63,588 bases of DNA, filler included, from Lenisia limosa (GCA_001655205.1; 15 parts of 15 records of this genome joined end to end with filler, not necessarily neighbours in it); one strand, 5' to 3'. Shown: positions 1 to 12,101, numbered from the whole stretch's first letter. A program made the numbers and translations. The notes: a model not told the origin generated them from the letters alone.

Positions 1-156
1 CACAGTTTTGTCCCTGATTCACAGTTTTGTCCCGTGATTCATGTTTTGTCTATATATATAGTAAGAGATAGTATTGGTGAAAAATGTAATAATGGAACAT
101 AGTGGCCAGGTCCACTGTATTTATGAAATTTTCTGTTCTGATTCTGACAATGCTAG

Positions 157-2302
157 GTGTCCCAAATGTTCAAAATCGTTCTGTATGGGATGTTTGGTAA
201 GTACTTTTCTGGGGTACGACATTTGATAATGTTGTTGAATAATTTCTCTTTTTGGGAGAGAATGAAAGATCCCTTTCGCTGCCATAAGACCAATTTTTTT
301 TAAAAAAAAAATATGTGACGTTTATCAAAAGAAACCCTTTGAATTACAATGCAGACGGGACCCTATCACGAGAACCGGACGTGTGAGGAGGAGAAAGAGC
401 GTCAAGAAGGCAAACAGTGTCGTTTCTGCCAGGACCTCATTCAGATAGGGTTTGTTACGTGTTCCACTGTTATCCTACCAGATCTTTCAACTTCGATTTT
501 GACGTTTGTGATTCTGAGGAATGTGGCAGTAGTTTCGAACTTTCGTGTAAATTAAAAATGGGCTGTGGACATTGGTGCTCTGGAATCCACAATGGTTTGA
601 TTGGATTCTTGGTCAATAAGTGCCAAGAACTGCACTCAAGTGGTGTTGGTGAATGGTTTTGTCTTTTTGGTGTGTTTTCTCATTTTAATCTGCATAAATG
701 ACCGATAGTGTTCAACTTGGGCTCCACAGTCGAACAATTTACCTTTTCAACTGACAGAGCCCAATCACCTTGGTTGCTTGAGCTCAGAGTGCAAACGGGT
801 TGGTATGGCAAGGAACAGCGTTATCTATTTGATTACTTACACAAATGAAAATGAAAACTTATGACTGGCTGTATTAACTACGTATTTATTCATACCTTAG
901 AACGACAATGAACAGAGTGGCGATGACTTCTGCAACATATGCTTGTAAGTAAAAGGCCAATGACTAAAACCTCTTTTTGCTCTTTTTGCCTGAATACTGA
1001 CCAGTTAGTGTCTCGAGTTTGAGTGATGAGCCTTGTATTAAGCTGGAGTGCGGCCATTTGTTTCATTGGAACTGTGTCCAACAAAAAGTCAAAGCGAGGT
1101 GGCCAACATCAAGAATTAGTAGGTCCTATTCTGTTTTTTGGGCAGTAGAGAGAAGGTTATCACGTCATATTGATACCACATATCTTCCTGTAGTGTTGAT
1201 TAACTCATTTCAGACTTTAACTACCTAAACTGTCCACTCTGCTCCAAAGAAATGCGAAACCCCTACCTCAACAGCCTGATTTCCAATGACTTGCAACTCA
1301 AAAAGGACTTTAATGTGGGTGAGGGTAGTCGTGGTGGTACACAACCACTTTGGACTTTTGTTTGTAATTATTTCAGGAGCGTCTTCTCCGTCGCTTAAAA
1401 TACGAACAAAAGTATGGTGTTCTTGAATTAATTTTGTTTTCCTTTTCAACTATCAACATGAACTGATTAGAGCGCTAATGTTTCAGGGAGGGAAGCGTGG
1501 AGCAAGGGATGACCCCGCTGGAATTCGCGACCTCAATTTTCAATTACTACATGTGTTATAAGTGTAACGTAAGCTACTCCTACCCTGTAAGGAGCAACTT
1601 ACAACATGCAGACGCCTTACTTTGGCGGTTTACGCGAGTGTGCGCAACAAGATCTCGAGGTTTGTCACTTGGTTCCACAATTCTCAAAAATTTCGATATT
1701 TATCCGGAATTTTATAAGGCATATTATGGATGAGGAGCAACAGAACACCACCATCCCCATCACTGTTGTTCTGTTTGAACGCTTTAGGAGTCCGGAGTGA
1801 AACGCGAGGAAATGATATGCCAAACCTGCACAGGAAATGGCGCTGTTTGCAAGAAACATGGGGCTGAATTCATGTAAATGGGGGAACTATCAGCATACTC
1901 AACATCTATTTCAAATATTATATGTGTTGAAGCTCACCATCCAGTCAGTACAAGTGCCGCTTCTGCTGTAACATGGCGGTTTTCTTCTGCTTTGTAAGTC
2001 CCCCCGCAATTTTTTCGCCTGCCTTATCGTTCGCCCTCGTTACTTATCCATATAGGGAACCACACACTTCTGTGACCAATGCCACCATAACCACCAAAGA
2101 GTACAACGACTGTGGGCTCATGGCTGGAGGGGATATAGAGAGAATTCAAAACTAATCTGCATTATTCGTGTCATTTGGCAGCTCTTAACAAAATAGTCCT
2201 GTCAGTCAGCTTCCCAAGTGTACATGTGGTCTGAACCACCCTGCTAATGGAACAGAGCATTGTTTCGGCTGCTCCGTGTGTCGAGGGGAAAGAGAGTTTT
2301 GA
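157..2302 (+). CDS. MYCBP2/PHR-type RING-Cys-relay E3 ubiquitin ligase C-terminal module preceded by an IBR-like zinc domain (multi-exon, 5' end probably outside window)
   Basis: Spliced exons read CPKCSKSFCMGCL|TGPYHENRTCEE (IBR-like), ECGSSFELSCKLKMGCGHWCSG, DDFCNIC, SLSDEPCIKLECGHLFHWNCV..RWPTSRI|FNYLNCPLC (RING-H2), YYMCYKCN|TPYFGGLREC, ICQTC..CKKHGAEF, QYKCRFCCNMAVFFCF|GTTHFCDQCH, LNHPANGTEHCFGCSVCRGEREF* (TGA 2300-2302). These are collinear with the MYCBP2 RING/TC region. Confidence 0.9.
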
Positions 2303-2609
2303 TTATTCTACTAGTTTTCTGTTATTTTTTATTTTTTTTTACTATATTATGTTCTCAGTTTATTATTTAAGTTATTCCGCAACAATGTACTTTATGTCTT
2401 GAAATCATTACAACGAATTTGAAGATACATCTTAATGAGTATAAATATAAAGAAAAACGAGAAACAAAAGATAGACTATTTCGACTTCGTGCCTCTATAC
2501 GCTCTGAACAGTTACGATCTTTATCAAATCACCAATCAACATCAACATTCAATCGTTCTGTTTTGGATCCATTGGGAAGCTGACACTCCACATCACCAAA
2601 CCACCGTGC

Positions 2610-5600
2610 TCACTTTGGCGCTGACGCAACGTGGAGGGGTTTGAGTCTTGGGCCGGAGGGCGTCACAGAGATGAGACTAGCCGATGTNNNNNNNNNNNNN
2701 NNNNNNNNNNNNNNNNNNNNNNNNNNNNNNNNNNNNNNNNNNNNNNNNNNNNNNNNNNNNNNNNNNNNNNNNNNNNNNNNNNNNNNNNNNNNNNNNNNNN
2801 NNNNNNNNNNNNNNNNNNNNNNAAGATTGATTAAGCGCGACGACATCGAAGCCAACTTTGTTGAGGGCGCGAGTCCGGCTAGAAGGAGGCCAATAGACGC
2901 AAATGCCGCGTTGGCCTTGGCTGCCATGGTTTTGGAGGCACAGTGCCAGTCTACTGGGTCGATCTNNNNNNNNNNNNNNNNNNNNNNNNNAATGAAATAA
3001 AAATAAAATATTGTGGAAAATCGAAGGAAATTTCAAACATATTGAAAGCAAAACAAAAATATACGACTGAGGGAAGGTACTCTTGGCAATCAAGCAAGCG
3101 AACCTTTGACTGGATCGCCTTGAGCGCGAAACTTGACGTTGCGGATGAAGGGCCAAGTCGTCCTAGAATCTGCGGCCATTATTAAGGAACTAACAACTAT
3201 CGCAACTCAGTCACATTTCCCACGTCTAGTTAGACTGTAATAAGGGGAACAGGAAATCATCGTCCCGCCCCTTTTCCCATCCCGATACAACTTATTCAAA
3301 AATTTTCCTTTCTACTATTGGATACAGTATTACCATTCAAGCTTTATATGAACACGTGTCGCCCTCGACTAGTCCCATGCCCACGGTGCAATCCAGCAGG
3401 AGTTGAAGTCCGAGTCCCGTTGGTAGAGCGGTTGTCTATACTGTCAGGGGGGGGGGGGNNNNNNNNNNNNNNNNNNNNNNNNNNNNNNNNNNNNNNNNNN
3501 NNNNNNNNNNNNNNNNNNNNNNNNNNNNNNNNNNNNNNNNNNNNNNNNNNNNNNNNNNNNNNNNNNNNNNNNNNNNNNNNNNNNNNNNNNNNNNNNNNNN
3601 NNNNNNNNNNNNNNNNNNNNNNNNNNNNNACGTTCTGAAGAGCCGCCTCGAGACTCTGGATGCCTTTCCTTCTCAGCTCTTGACCAAGGGTCCTAAGAAC
3701 AGCCTATGGGGTCAGTGGTACAAGAAAATGTAGACAAGGGGTAGTGGGGGGCTTCTCAATACTGAGTATAAATGTGAGGATGTGGAGGGTCTCGGTAATG
3801 AAATGCCATTATATAGCAATGAGATATTACTACATATCATATAGTATATATGTATACTATACCGTAAAAACCCGAATATAAGCAACCCCCTAATATAAGC
3901 AACTTGGATTATCTGCCCAGGCAAAAATACTGATTTTTTGAAAGTTGCTAATATTACATGCCCTAATATAAGCAACTAAAAACCATGAAATGGTTGCTTA
4001 TATTCGGGCTTTTACATATATGTGGGTCCTCAAAGCTCCGGACATCATTCAAAATTCCCGGACACATCAAAACTCCCGGACAGCTTGAAGTTGACACCTT
4101 GTATAGGCCATTGCTAGTGTTTTTTGAAAAATGCTTCGACAGATACATAGAGAAATGGACCTCCTAATGTTCCCTAACTTTTTTTTCAATTTTGAGCAAA
4201 TGTCAAAAATCCGTGAATTTGGTCTCCCGGGGGTCCCCCTTTTGCCTTTTCACAGGATTTTTCTGAATCTTACCCTCTTTTAGTGTTAAGAAACAAAAAT
4301 TTGTACCCCTCGGAGCAATTGGTTCCGGGTTCCCATTTGCTTTGGCTATGTCATGGTGAATTTTGAGGAAAAAATGCTAAAAATAGCACTGTCTACAGGG
4401 GTACACTTTCCCGGATAGTTGCTTTTTTCCTTTTGAATGTGGCCTTTTATAACGTCTTTTGCTTGTTTTTGACCGTTTTTGGACCTTAAATAGAGAGCTT
4501 AGGGACTTAATATGGTTTTGACCCGATAATATGTTAAATTGGGGTTACATTTTTTGATTAAGATTGAGATTACTTTCAAAAACAGAAGGGAAATAGGGTT
4601 TCTGGGTGGTTTCTGGTGATTTTGTATGGAAAACTCAAGCTGTCCGGGAGTTTTGATGTGTCCGGGAATTTTGAATGATGTCCGGAGCTTTGACTATACA
4701 TATATCATATATATATACTACATATACTGTATATGTATTATATGTTGCGAAAGCACAAATTCAACCTCAATATATAATATGTAGTATATGGATATGTTGG
4801 CCCACATTTGGGACTGCTGCAGCCCCCGCTTTGGTGACCTCCTGTGACACCCTCTGCAATGCCTTGATCAGGTACGGCGACGGGCATGGCGGCAAAATCG
4901 CAAGTTCTAGATGGGTTACTGATGAGCTGCCTCAATGTTAATGTTGTTAGTAGTAATGTAATGGGTGANNNNNNNNNNNNNNNNNNNNNNNNNNNNNNNN
5001 NNNNNNNNNNNNNNNNNNNNNNNNNNNNNNNNNNNNNNNNNNNNNNNNNNNNNNNNNNNNNNNNNNNNNNNNNNNNNNNNNNNNNNNNNNNNNNNNNNNN
5101 NNNNNNNNNNNNNNNNNNNNNNNNNNNNNNTGGGGACATGGCTTACGTTCTTCGGATGCTGGCTGAAGCCCCTAAAGGAATGAAATGAAGCATTTGAAGA
5201 GAAATACAATTGAAACCTCTGGGAATGAAGCAAAAAAGGGGAGGAAAAATGACTAAAACACTATCTCAATATCATTACACACATCATGCTCTTCAATAGT
5301 GATCAGCTTCGTCTCCCCAAAAAGCAGGAAAAATCATATTCTGAAGCAAAACAAAGCCAAAAGAGCGCCACGCACCTTCCAAGACTGAAGCACGTCAGAC
5401 TCCATCCAGCCCTCGAGAACAACGGACATTTCGGAGGAACCGATGACTGATGGTACCTCTGAGGCCTTGACTGGAAGTTGCGGAAGATCCTGCTGGGTAA
5501 AAACAAAGCTCATAGTGTAAGCCAATATTGCGTTTACATTACAAATGCCAACCCCCCAACCTCTTTTTCGAAAAGCTCCAAGGACTTCTCAACTCCTTCT

Positions 5601-8600
5601 TCCACCCAGACACAGAAGCACGCTACAAAGTTATCTTAGGGCAAAGCAAAGATAGAGCGCTATCAACTTGCAATGCGAGTATCAAAAGGGATGACATGGT
5701 CTACTATATCTATCTTCAATATATCATACATCAAGAAATTCATTTTCGCATGTCGTAGAGAAACCCAGGCATGCACCAACCTGAAACCCAGGCAATCCAC
5801 GGGTCAAAACACCAATTCTGGGCTTTCACAAGGTTCATCAAAACAGGGGAGACTAAATCATAAGACTTCATTTCTGTCACACCAGAGTAAATAACTTCAT
5901 CAACACCAACCCTCACATAAGCAACACACGTCTGCTAATTGAATTCCGCAATACCCCCCCAACCTCCAGAGAAGTCAACGCTGTGAGGACTGGGGGTGGT
6001 TGGCGTGCTGGGGGTCCACGAAGCAAATCGGCCAGTTGCCAGGATCTGGGCTAGCGACGGGCATGCTTGGTCCGAGGAGAGCGCAGAGCAAACCCGGGCT
6101 ATGTCCAAAGCTCGACAAACCTGCATGTTGATACCAGACAAATGATGAAGTGAGTGGATGAATAGTGATCAAGGGTAGTTGAAAGCAAAAATGGTACCAC
6201 ATACATAGATGGGAGGAACATTGAGAGATCAAGTAACTGAGAACAGCAATTTACTCACTCACCTCTTTGGGGCAGCTGGCAGTTTCATCGTTGAGCCCAG
6301 GAATGGTAACTTCCTAATCGGTCATATCCTTTGAGAAACAAAACAACAAGTACACAAAAAAGGTAACAAATGGATGGCTCGTGTTGTAATTAATATGCTG
6401 TTTAAGTTTCTTGTGATGCATGCTTTCAAGGACCAACTATCCCCCCCCACCCCGGGAGCCTCAGGGTGCCGAGCGTCATACACTGCGTCCTGTGTGAGTT
6501 TTGAAATTGCCTCCGCCACTGCCGACCCAATTGCGTCACGCGCCGCGTCGGAAAACCTGGGGGGAGTAAAACGAAGGAAATTTCAAAGAAGAATAGTGGT
6601 GTAAGGNNNNNNNNNNNNNNNNNNNNNNNNNNNNNNNNNNNNNNNNNNNNNNNNNNNNNNNNNNNNNNNNNNNNNNNNNNNNNNNNNNNNNNNNNNNNNN
6701 NNNNTTCACTCAGCAATAACAAGAAGAAAAAAAGAAGAAAAAAAAAAAGAAGAAAAAAGCAGAAGAGAAAAGCAGAAGAGAAAAGCAGAAGAGAAAAGCA
6801 GAAGAGAAAAAAAACTACAGTACCCTGCCTTCCCGACTCGTCTCCGACGTCAGTACTACCAAGGCCTGCTGGGGCTTGCGTTCGCAGAGCGGACGGGATG
6901 CGCGATGACCCCCAGAGTATGACCGTAGCCGAAAGCTAAACCCCCTGTTTCATTTCCGATTCAAGTTTTTTCCGAAATAGAGAACAATCGTTTTACTCTT
7001 GTCCTTTCAAAATATTTTTGTCTTTTCAAAAACTACCTGTTCTCTGAAGAGAGCCTGTCAAAGGGCAAGCAGCGAGTTGGCTACTNNNNNNNNNNNNNNN
7101 NNNNNNNNNNNNNNNNNNNNNNNNNNNNNNNNNNNNNNNNNNNNNNNNNNNNNNNNNNNNNNNNNNNNNNNNNNNNNNNNNNNNNNNNNNNNNNNNNNNN
7201 NNNNNNNNNNNNNNNNNNNNNNNNNNNNNNNNNNNNNNNNNNNNNNNNNNNNNNNNNNNNNNNNNNNNNNNNNGCTTATTAGAAGAGAGCCTGTCAAAGG
7301 GCAAGCAGCAGGAGTTGGCTACTCTTGCACATGCACCCGCCACGGACCAAAAACGGCCCATTTTGTGATGAGTTGTGAAGAGATATTGGATAGTAATATT
7401 AATTCACCCAATCATTTGCCAACTCTGTGTACACACCTTTCTGCGTGCCTCCTGATTAAAAAATAGTAATAGTCCAAACACTTATTAGCAATACACCTCC
7501 CACCTAGCCCAATCCAAGTCTGACGTGACCCTGTTGAGTGTGGACTGCGGCGCAGTGATAGGGGCCAGGGACTTGACTAGGAACTCGGCTTGGTTCTCGA
7601 TGGCGGCGGCGGTGGTGGTGACGTTGGTGAGCCACGCCTTTGCGCGCTGTCGTATGGCAGTCATTCTGCATGGTCATCCAGGGAACTAGAAGTATATATA
7701 TGATATATCATATGCATATCATATGATATGTGAAAAATCTACACTTCGGTACAAATAAGACCAGTAAAATATCGATAGTTTTCGAAGATTTATCGAGAAA
7801 TTCACTCTTTTTCAAACCGAAGTGAAGCCCTATCTACAATCAAGGGAGTTGATATGGCTATAAGCCATGGCAATCCCATTCAAAAGACAAGAAGCACCCC
7901 AGCAATCCCCACCCCTTGGAAGCCGAAATTGAGTCTGGGACCCTCGACCATGTGAACGCCTCCAACGACGCAGCTATGGCGTAAGTAGCTCACTTCATCT
8001 CTTGGGAGAATGTAACCAAACTCTGGCTGAACATACCAGCCAATATAACGTGTATTAGCGATCTTGATTACAAAAAAGGGTTGTATATTTAAATTTCACT
8101 CAATCCTTTCTCATTTCGTTACCACAAAAAATGAACAGGGGAATCAATACAAAAGCGGAGTGAATAAGACCCCTCACTTGGTTCGTAGTTGAAGAGCGGC
8201 TGTTTCACCGAGTCCCAAGACAGAGAGGCCCAAAACTGGCCTGCCGACCTGGCAATGTGAAGACCAAAGATGGAAGAAAACTCGTAGATGAAGCAAGAGT
8301 AATTGAACCATACTGAACCCCCTCAAACAGCTTGATTTTCCTGAGCAAGGCCGGTCGCAGCACTCGGTGCCAGAGGTCAGCCCCCACCGCAATGGAGCCT
8401 GCAGAAAGAACAAATTGTTGCCGACTGAACTGGGGGCTGGCAAGGGCCTGGGAGGGGGGTATAAAGGAAGAATATGGGAATAAGGGTAAAAAATCTGGAA
8501 GGTTCAGTTGAGTTTATCATATGGAGGCAAACGAAGGAAAATATGCAAAATCAATTAGTATTTACTATGGCTAACAGTTGGACATAATAAACATTGATAA

Positions 8601-9790
8601 GGGGCTGAACCATTCTCATCCATTAAAACATTGCTATCGTCTAATAGCTGAGATCGTTTTGCGGCTTACATGACAAGCGTCCATGCAATCCTGAGAACAG
8701 AATTCAATTGAAGCATCTTCTTCAATCTAAGGCGTAATTATAAAAATCATTACATCATAAAGCGCCAAAACAATATATCAGATATACTTCTGAAGAAGAA
8801 AAAGGTTATTTTCTTGATTAGTATGTACAGTTGATTGTGATACTTGAGTTCATTTTGTGACTGACCTTTTCAGCAACAAAAGCCATGGCCTCTGGGACTT
8901 TGGAGTACCACACAGCAGCAGCCTCACGAATAGCGCTCTGGAGATGTGAATTGACTGTAATACAAAATCAAGATCAAGCATTTGAGCCAAAAACATATGT
9001 TTGGTATCGAATATGTTACATCATTTATAGAATTGAGAAATAAAAAGGGAATATCTTGCCGAAACCATCCACAGAGTATCAAGTATCTTGTTACAACAAG
9101 CTGACCTTGCCAAATTGCCAGCCTCTCCTTACCAATAAGGGAGCAGAACAGTCCACCGCGTCCATGTCGAGAAAATGGAAGAATCCAGCGGTTTGTGGGA
9201 GGGATCCTGATGGGTCAATCCAACAAAAAGTTGAGAGGGTATTATCACTTACCAGGGACAACAGCAGTGATACGGGCAGCTAAAGCGTGGGCACTCAGTT
9301 TGGTGTCATGTTCACTCAGTGATACGCTACTGCTTAGTTGCTGTGACGATGACAACCTAATTAGATCAGATCACAACGGAGAAGTAAAGGTCATTGTGTG
9401 ATTTGAATTAAGGGTGGTAGCGGACTTTACCCATAAAAATGTCGATATAATACGGACCTTTTTGGACCGCCTCGGAGCCAACCTATTATCCGCAATGGAT
9501 GACAGCGATTTGAGAAGGGACGAAAGAGTAGGAACTGACGAAGACGCCGTATTGGCTATTGTGTGGATAAGAGTGACAACAACTGAGGTAGCTTCAGCCA
9601 CGCTTGATAGAGCCGAAATGTGAGGAAGGCTGGAATAATGAGTTTCATAAATGTGACAATTCTCTCAATTTCCGAATCCAATGCTGTTTAAATCATAATA
9701 ATAGTCTATATCACAATCATGCTGGCGAGAAGGGCCTACCTTGACTCAAGAACCAGAAGGGTGCAGTCAATGGCGCTCAACTGCTCAACA
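2610..9790 (-). CDS. Large multi-exon protein-coding gene (possibly more than one) of unknown function; one exon resembles a PH-domain start
   Basis: Series of open GT-AG-bounded exons on the minus strand, e.g. FSDAARDAIGSAVAEAISKLTQ (~6450-6556), DLPQLPVKASEVPSVIGSSEMSVVLEGWMESDVLQSWK (~5375-5490), GRLGPSSATSSFALKAIQSKVRLLDCQEYLP (~3070-3170), apparently ending ..HVASAPK* near 2610. No family recognised. Confidence 0.45.
3860..4019. mobile_element. ~160-bp MITE, Tc1/mariner-pogo(Tc2)-like
   Basis: TIR GTAAAAACCCGAATATAAGCAACC (3864-3887) versus GGTTGCTTATATTCGGGCTTTTAC (3992-4015), one mismatch; TA flanks; internal direct repeats of TAATATAAGCAAC. Confidence 0.8.
4030..4693. mobile_element. 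Non-autonomous DNA transposon with 59-bp perfect TIRs
   Basis: 4030-4088 is the exact reverse complement of 4635-4693; three CCGGAC subrepeats per TIR; the right end continues CTATA; non-coding interior. Confidence 0.9.
6758..6810. repeat. 13-bp tandem repeat (AGCAGAAGAGAAA)x3-4 immediately 3' of the 5S gene
   Basis: Direct inspection; gives T-rich runs on the 5S-coding strand. Confidence 0.85.
6813..6930 (-). rRNA. 5S ribosomal RNA (118 nt)
   Basis: Minus strand GGCTACGGTCATACTCTGGGG...TAGTAC...GGGAAGGCAGGGTACTGTAGTT. Helix I pairs over 9 bp (with GU), helix II has the canonical bulge, loop C and loop E motifs are present, and an oligo-T Pol III terminator follows. Confidence 0.93.
7742..7832. 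mobile_element. hAT-like ~100-bp MITE (family M1), left end truncated
   Basis: CACTTCGG...AAATATCGATAGTTTTCGAAGATTTATCGAGAAAT...CCGAAGTGAAGCCCTA, matching other M1 copies. Confidence 0.85.
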
Positions 9791-9884
9791 ATACACAGTC
9801 CGGTCAAGGCCTCAATTCGTGACTAAAAGGTCAATGTTTATATATAGCAATGAGAAATAAAAAATAAGGTAGTATCTGGCCGAA

Positions 9885-9984
9885 NNNNNNNNNNNNNNNN
9901 NNNNNNNNNNNNNNNNNNNNNNNNNNNNTTAATTAATTAANNNNNNNNNNNNNNNNNNNNNNNNNNNNNNNNNNNNNNNNNNNN
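9885..9984. other. Artificial scaffold-joining linker N44-TTAATTAATTAA-N44; the 12-mer recurs at 9929, 12171, 14131, 16281, 20185, 33814, 36366, 39131, 41442, 46875, 49650, 51123, 60401, 62347
   Basis: Identical 100-nt cassette with stops in all six frames, 14 occurrences; genes are truncated at each. Confidence 0.98.
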
Positions 9985-10202
9985 CTGTGACTATTCTAAA
10001 CCATACTGATGCTGAGCAAAAAAGTAGTAATGGTACAAAAAAAGCAAGCACAAAACCAGACAAAACAAACCCACATACAGCAAATATTGAAATCAAAACA
10101 ACAACACAAAAACAAAACAAAGGGGCACAAGTCAAAGGTTACTTTTTTTAAAAAAATTAGTAAGCTGAGGGGAAGGGGGGGGGATATTCCATGGGGTGAG
10201 GT

Positions 10203-10303
10203 TAGGGCTTCACTTCGGTTCGAAAAAAAAACTGAATTTATTGATACATCTTTGAAAATTATCGATATTTTACCAATATTTTTTGAACCAAAGTGAAGCC
10301 ATA
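10203..10303. mobile_element. hAT-like MITE M1, full length
   Basis: TAGGGCTTCACTTCGGTTCGAAAA...TTTTGAACCAAAGTGAAGCCATA; 8-bp TSD GGTGAGGT/GGTGAGGC. Confidence 0.9.
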
Positions 10304-10479
10304 GGTGAGGCACATATGATATGCCGTCTATAACAACAGGATAGTAAGGTATATGGGGTAGCAGGAGGAGATGTTCCTTCTATAACAGGGTGGGGGGATA
10401 GTAAAGGATGTAACGTAACAGGAGAGAGCAAAGTATGAATGTGGGATAACGGGGAAGAAAGTAAGTTGTTTTACCCTAC

Positions 10480-11390
10480 AGGCACCTCAAGACTCAGTCA
10501 AAGGAGGTGGAGTTATCTTAAGCAACCCTTCAAGTACCGAACTCTGTGAAATAACGTATGAGGGGGGGGGGGCTAGCTTCACTTACGGTTCCAAAAGACA
10601 TGTAAGACTTATCGNNNNNNNNNNNNNNNNNNNNNNNNNNNNNNNNNNNNNNNNNNNNNNNNNNNNNNNNNNTTGAGGATTTATCGAGCATTGATTAAGG
10701 ATTCAGTCTTTTTTTTGGAACCGAAAGTGAAGCTCTATTATAAGTTCTCATTTCACTCTTCCAGTGTAATTTAATATCCTTTATCATTGATATGCGCGAA
10801 TGTGGACAGCTTCGGTCAGATACAACCTTGATTTAGCTCATATTGCAGTATTGAAGAAAAGCTAGAAGTCGAGGAGACACCTGAAGAGGTAAAGAATGGT
10901 ATGTGGTGACGATTGGAAGTTGGATAATCGGTGTAGGGACTGGTGATAATCACGCGATAATTCCTTCCATGTTTGACTTACGATTCGGTTCGAAAAAAAG
11001 AATGAATTTCTCGATATCGATATTTTACCCATCTTTTTCGAACCGAAGTGAAGCCCTTCTTACGATTAATTCCACTATCCCAGGACTTTTCTTCTAATTC
11101 ACACAGATCAGGATAACAAAGAAGAGCCCTGAGTATATTGTGTCAATTGGTTGAAGTAATTCTACGTTTCTTTTTAGGTCAATGTAATTTTAGTCTGAGA
11201 TGGGGTTCTTGAACTTTTCCCACCAAATTTTGGAAATTCGAAGAAATTTATGGGATTCTCAAATTAAGGGGAATCACAAGTCGATCCGCTAGTTTTACGA
11301 TGTCAATGTAATGTAGCCGTATGCAGAGGCCCAAAACAGTATCGGCAGCTCCGACTGTCTTGTGAGAACTAAAAAGATGTCCCACCTATT
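10480..11390 (+). CDS. Unidentified multi-exon gene fragment
   Basis: AG/GT-bounded exons such as IEEKLEVEETPEE (10849-10888); no family recognised. Confidence 0.3.
10574..10737. mobile_element. M1 MITE spanning a gap
   Basis: GCTTCACTTACGGTTCC...GGAACCGAAAGTGAAGCTCTA. Confidence 0.75.
10983..11058. mobile_element. M1 MITE, left-truncated
   Basis: TTCGGTTCGAAAAAAAG...TTTTTCGAACCGAAGTGAAGCCCT; CTTACGATT occurs on both flanks. Confidence 0.8.
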
Positions 11391-11615
11391 ACAAATACCT
11401 ACATATTACACAGTACTTATGTACTTATGCATCAAATTTTCAAGTACTAAAGCAGGTGAGTGGTGTTTTTGCTAAAAAAAAAACACTAACCAACATTCTA
11501 TTCCACTATTCCACTACAAACTTGCTTACCATGAGAAAAAGCTGGCTGAAAGGTGTGTGGGAGTTTAGAAAATTGACCTGTTTTAAGAACCCAGTTAAAT
11601 ACATTAAAAGAAGTG

Positions 11616-11761
11616 CTATGTGCATCTGACTTGGAAGGAGTTCGAGTACGTGAGATAACGCACCCATCTGGAGCGTAAAAATGAGGACTTTTCCCATCAC
11701 CAATCATCGTCATCACCATTACCATCATCATCACCATTACCATCATCATCATCACCATTAC

Positions 11762-11816
<55 letters not shown>

Positions 11817-12101
11817 NNNNNNNNNNNNNNNNNNNNNNNNNNNNNNNNNNNNNNNNNNNNNNNNNNNNNNNNNNNNNNNNNNNNNNNNNNNNNNNNNNNN
11901 NNNNNNNNNNNNNNNNNNNNNNNNNNNNNNNNNNNNTACCATCATCATCACAATCATCATCAATATCAATATCAAAATCACCCCCCCCTCCCACCTGGTA
12001 GGACTAACAAGGTTCCCTCTGTCGAAAACCTTGATGGCCTCCAGTTGGACATTTGCCATGTTGTACATTGGGAGCTCAAAGTCCACGTTAACCGGACCGA
12101 C
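11616..12101 (-). CDS. AP4M1: Adaptor-complex mu subunit, last two exons (AP-4 mu-like)
   Basis: Exon 11995-12101 VGPVNVDFELPMYNMANVQLEAIKVFDRGNLVSPT spliced to exon 11616-11667 RWVRYLTYSNSFQVRCT*. This is the mu-homology-domain C-terminal signature (GP..F.(I/L)PMYN...WVRY.T); AP-4 rather than another mu is a judgement. Confidence 0.75.
11700..11965. repeat. (CAT)n/(CACCATTACCAT) microsatellite inside the AP-mu intron, partly gapped
   Basis: Direct inspection. Confidence 0.95.

Noticed and set aside
1-50. ~20-bp tandem repeat (CACAGTTTTGTCCCTGATT) at the window start as a telomere-like repeat
   Set aside because: Only 2.5 degenerate copies, most likely intronic in the E3 ligase gene.
11498-12086. 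Poly-His, poly-Met and poly-Asp ORFs in the ORF track
   Set aside because: These are translations of an intronic CAT microsatellite.
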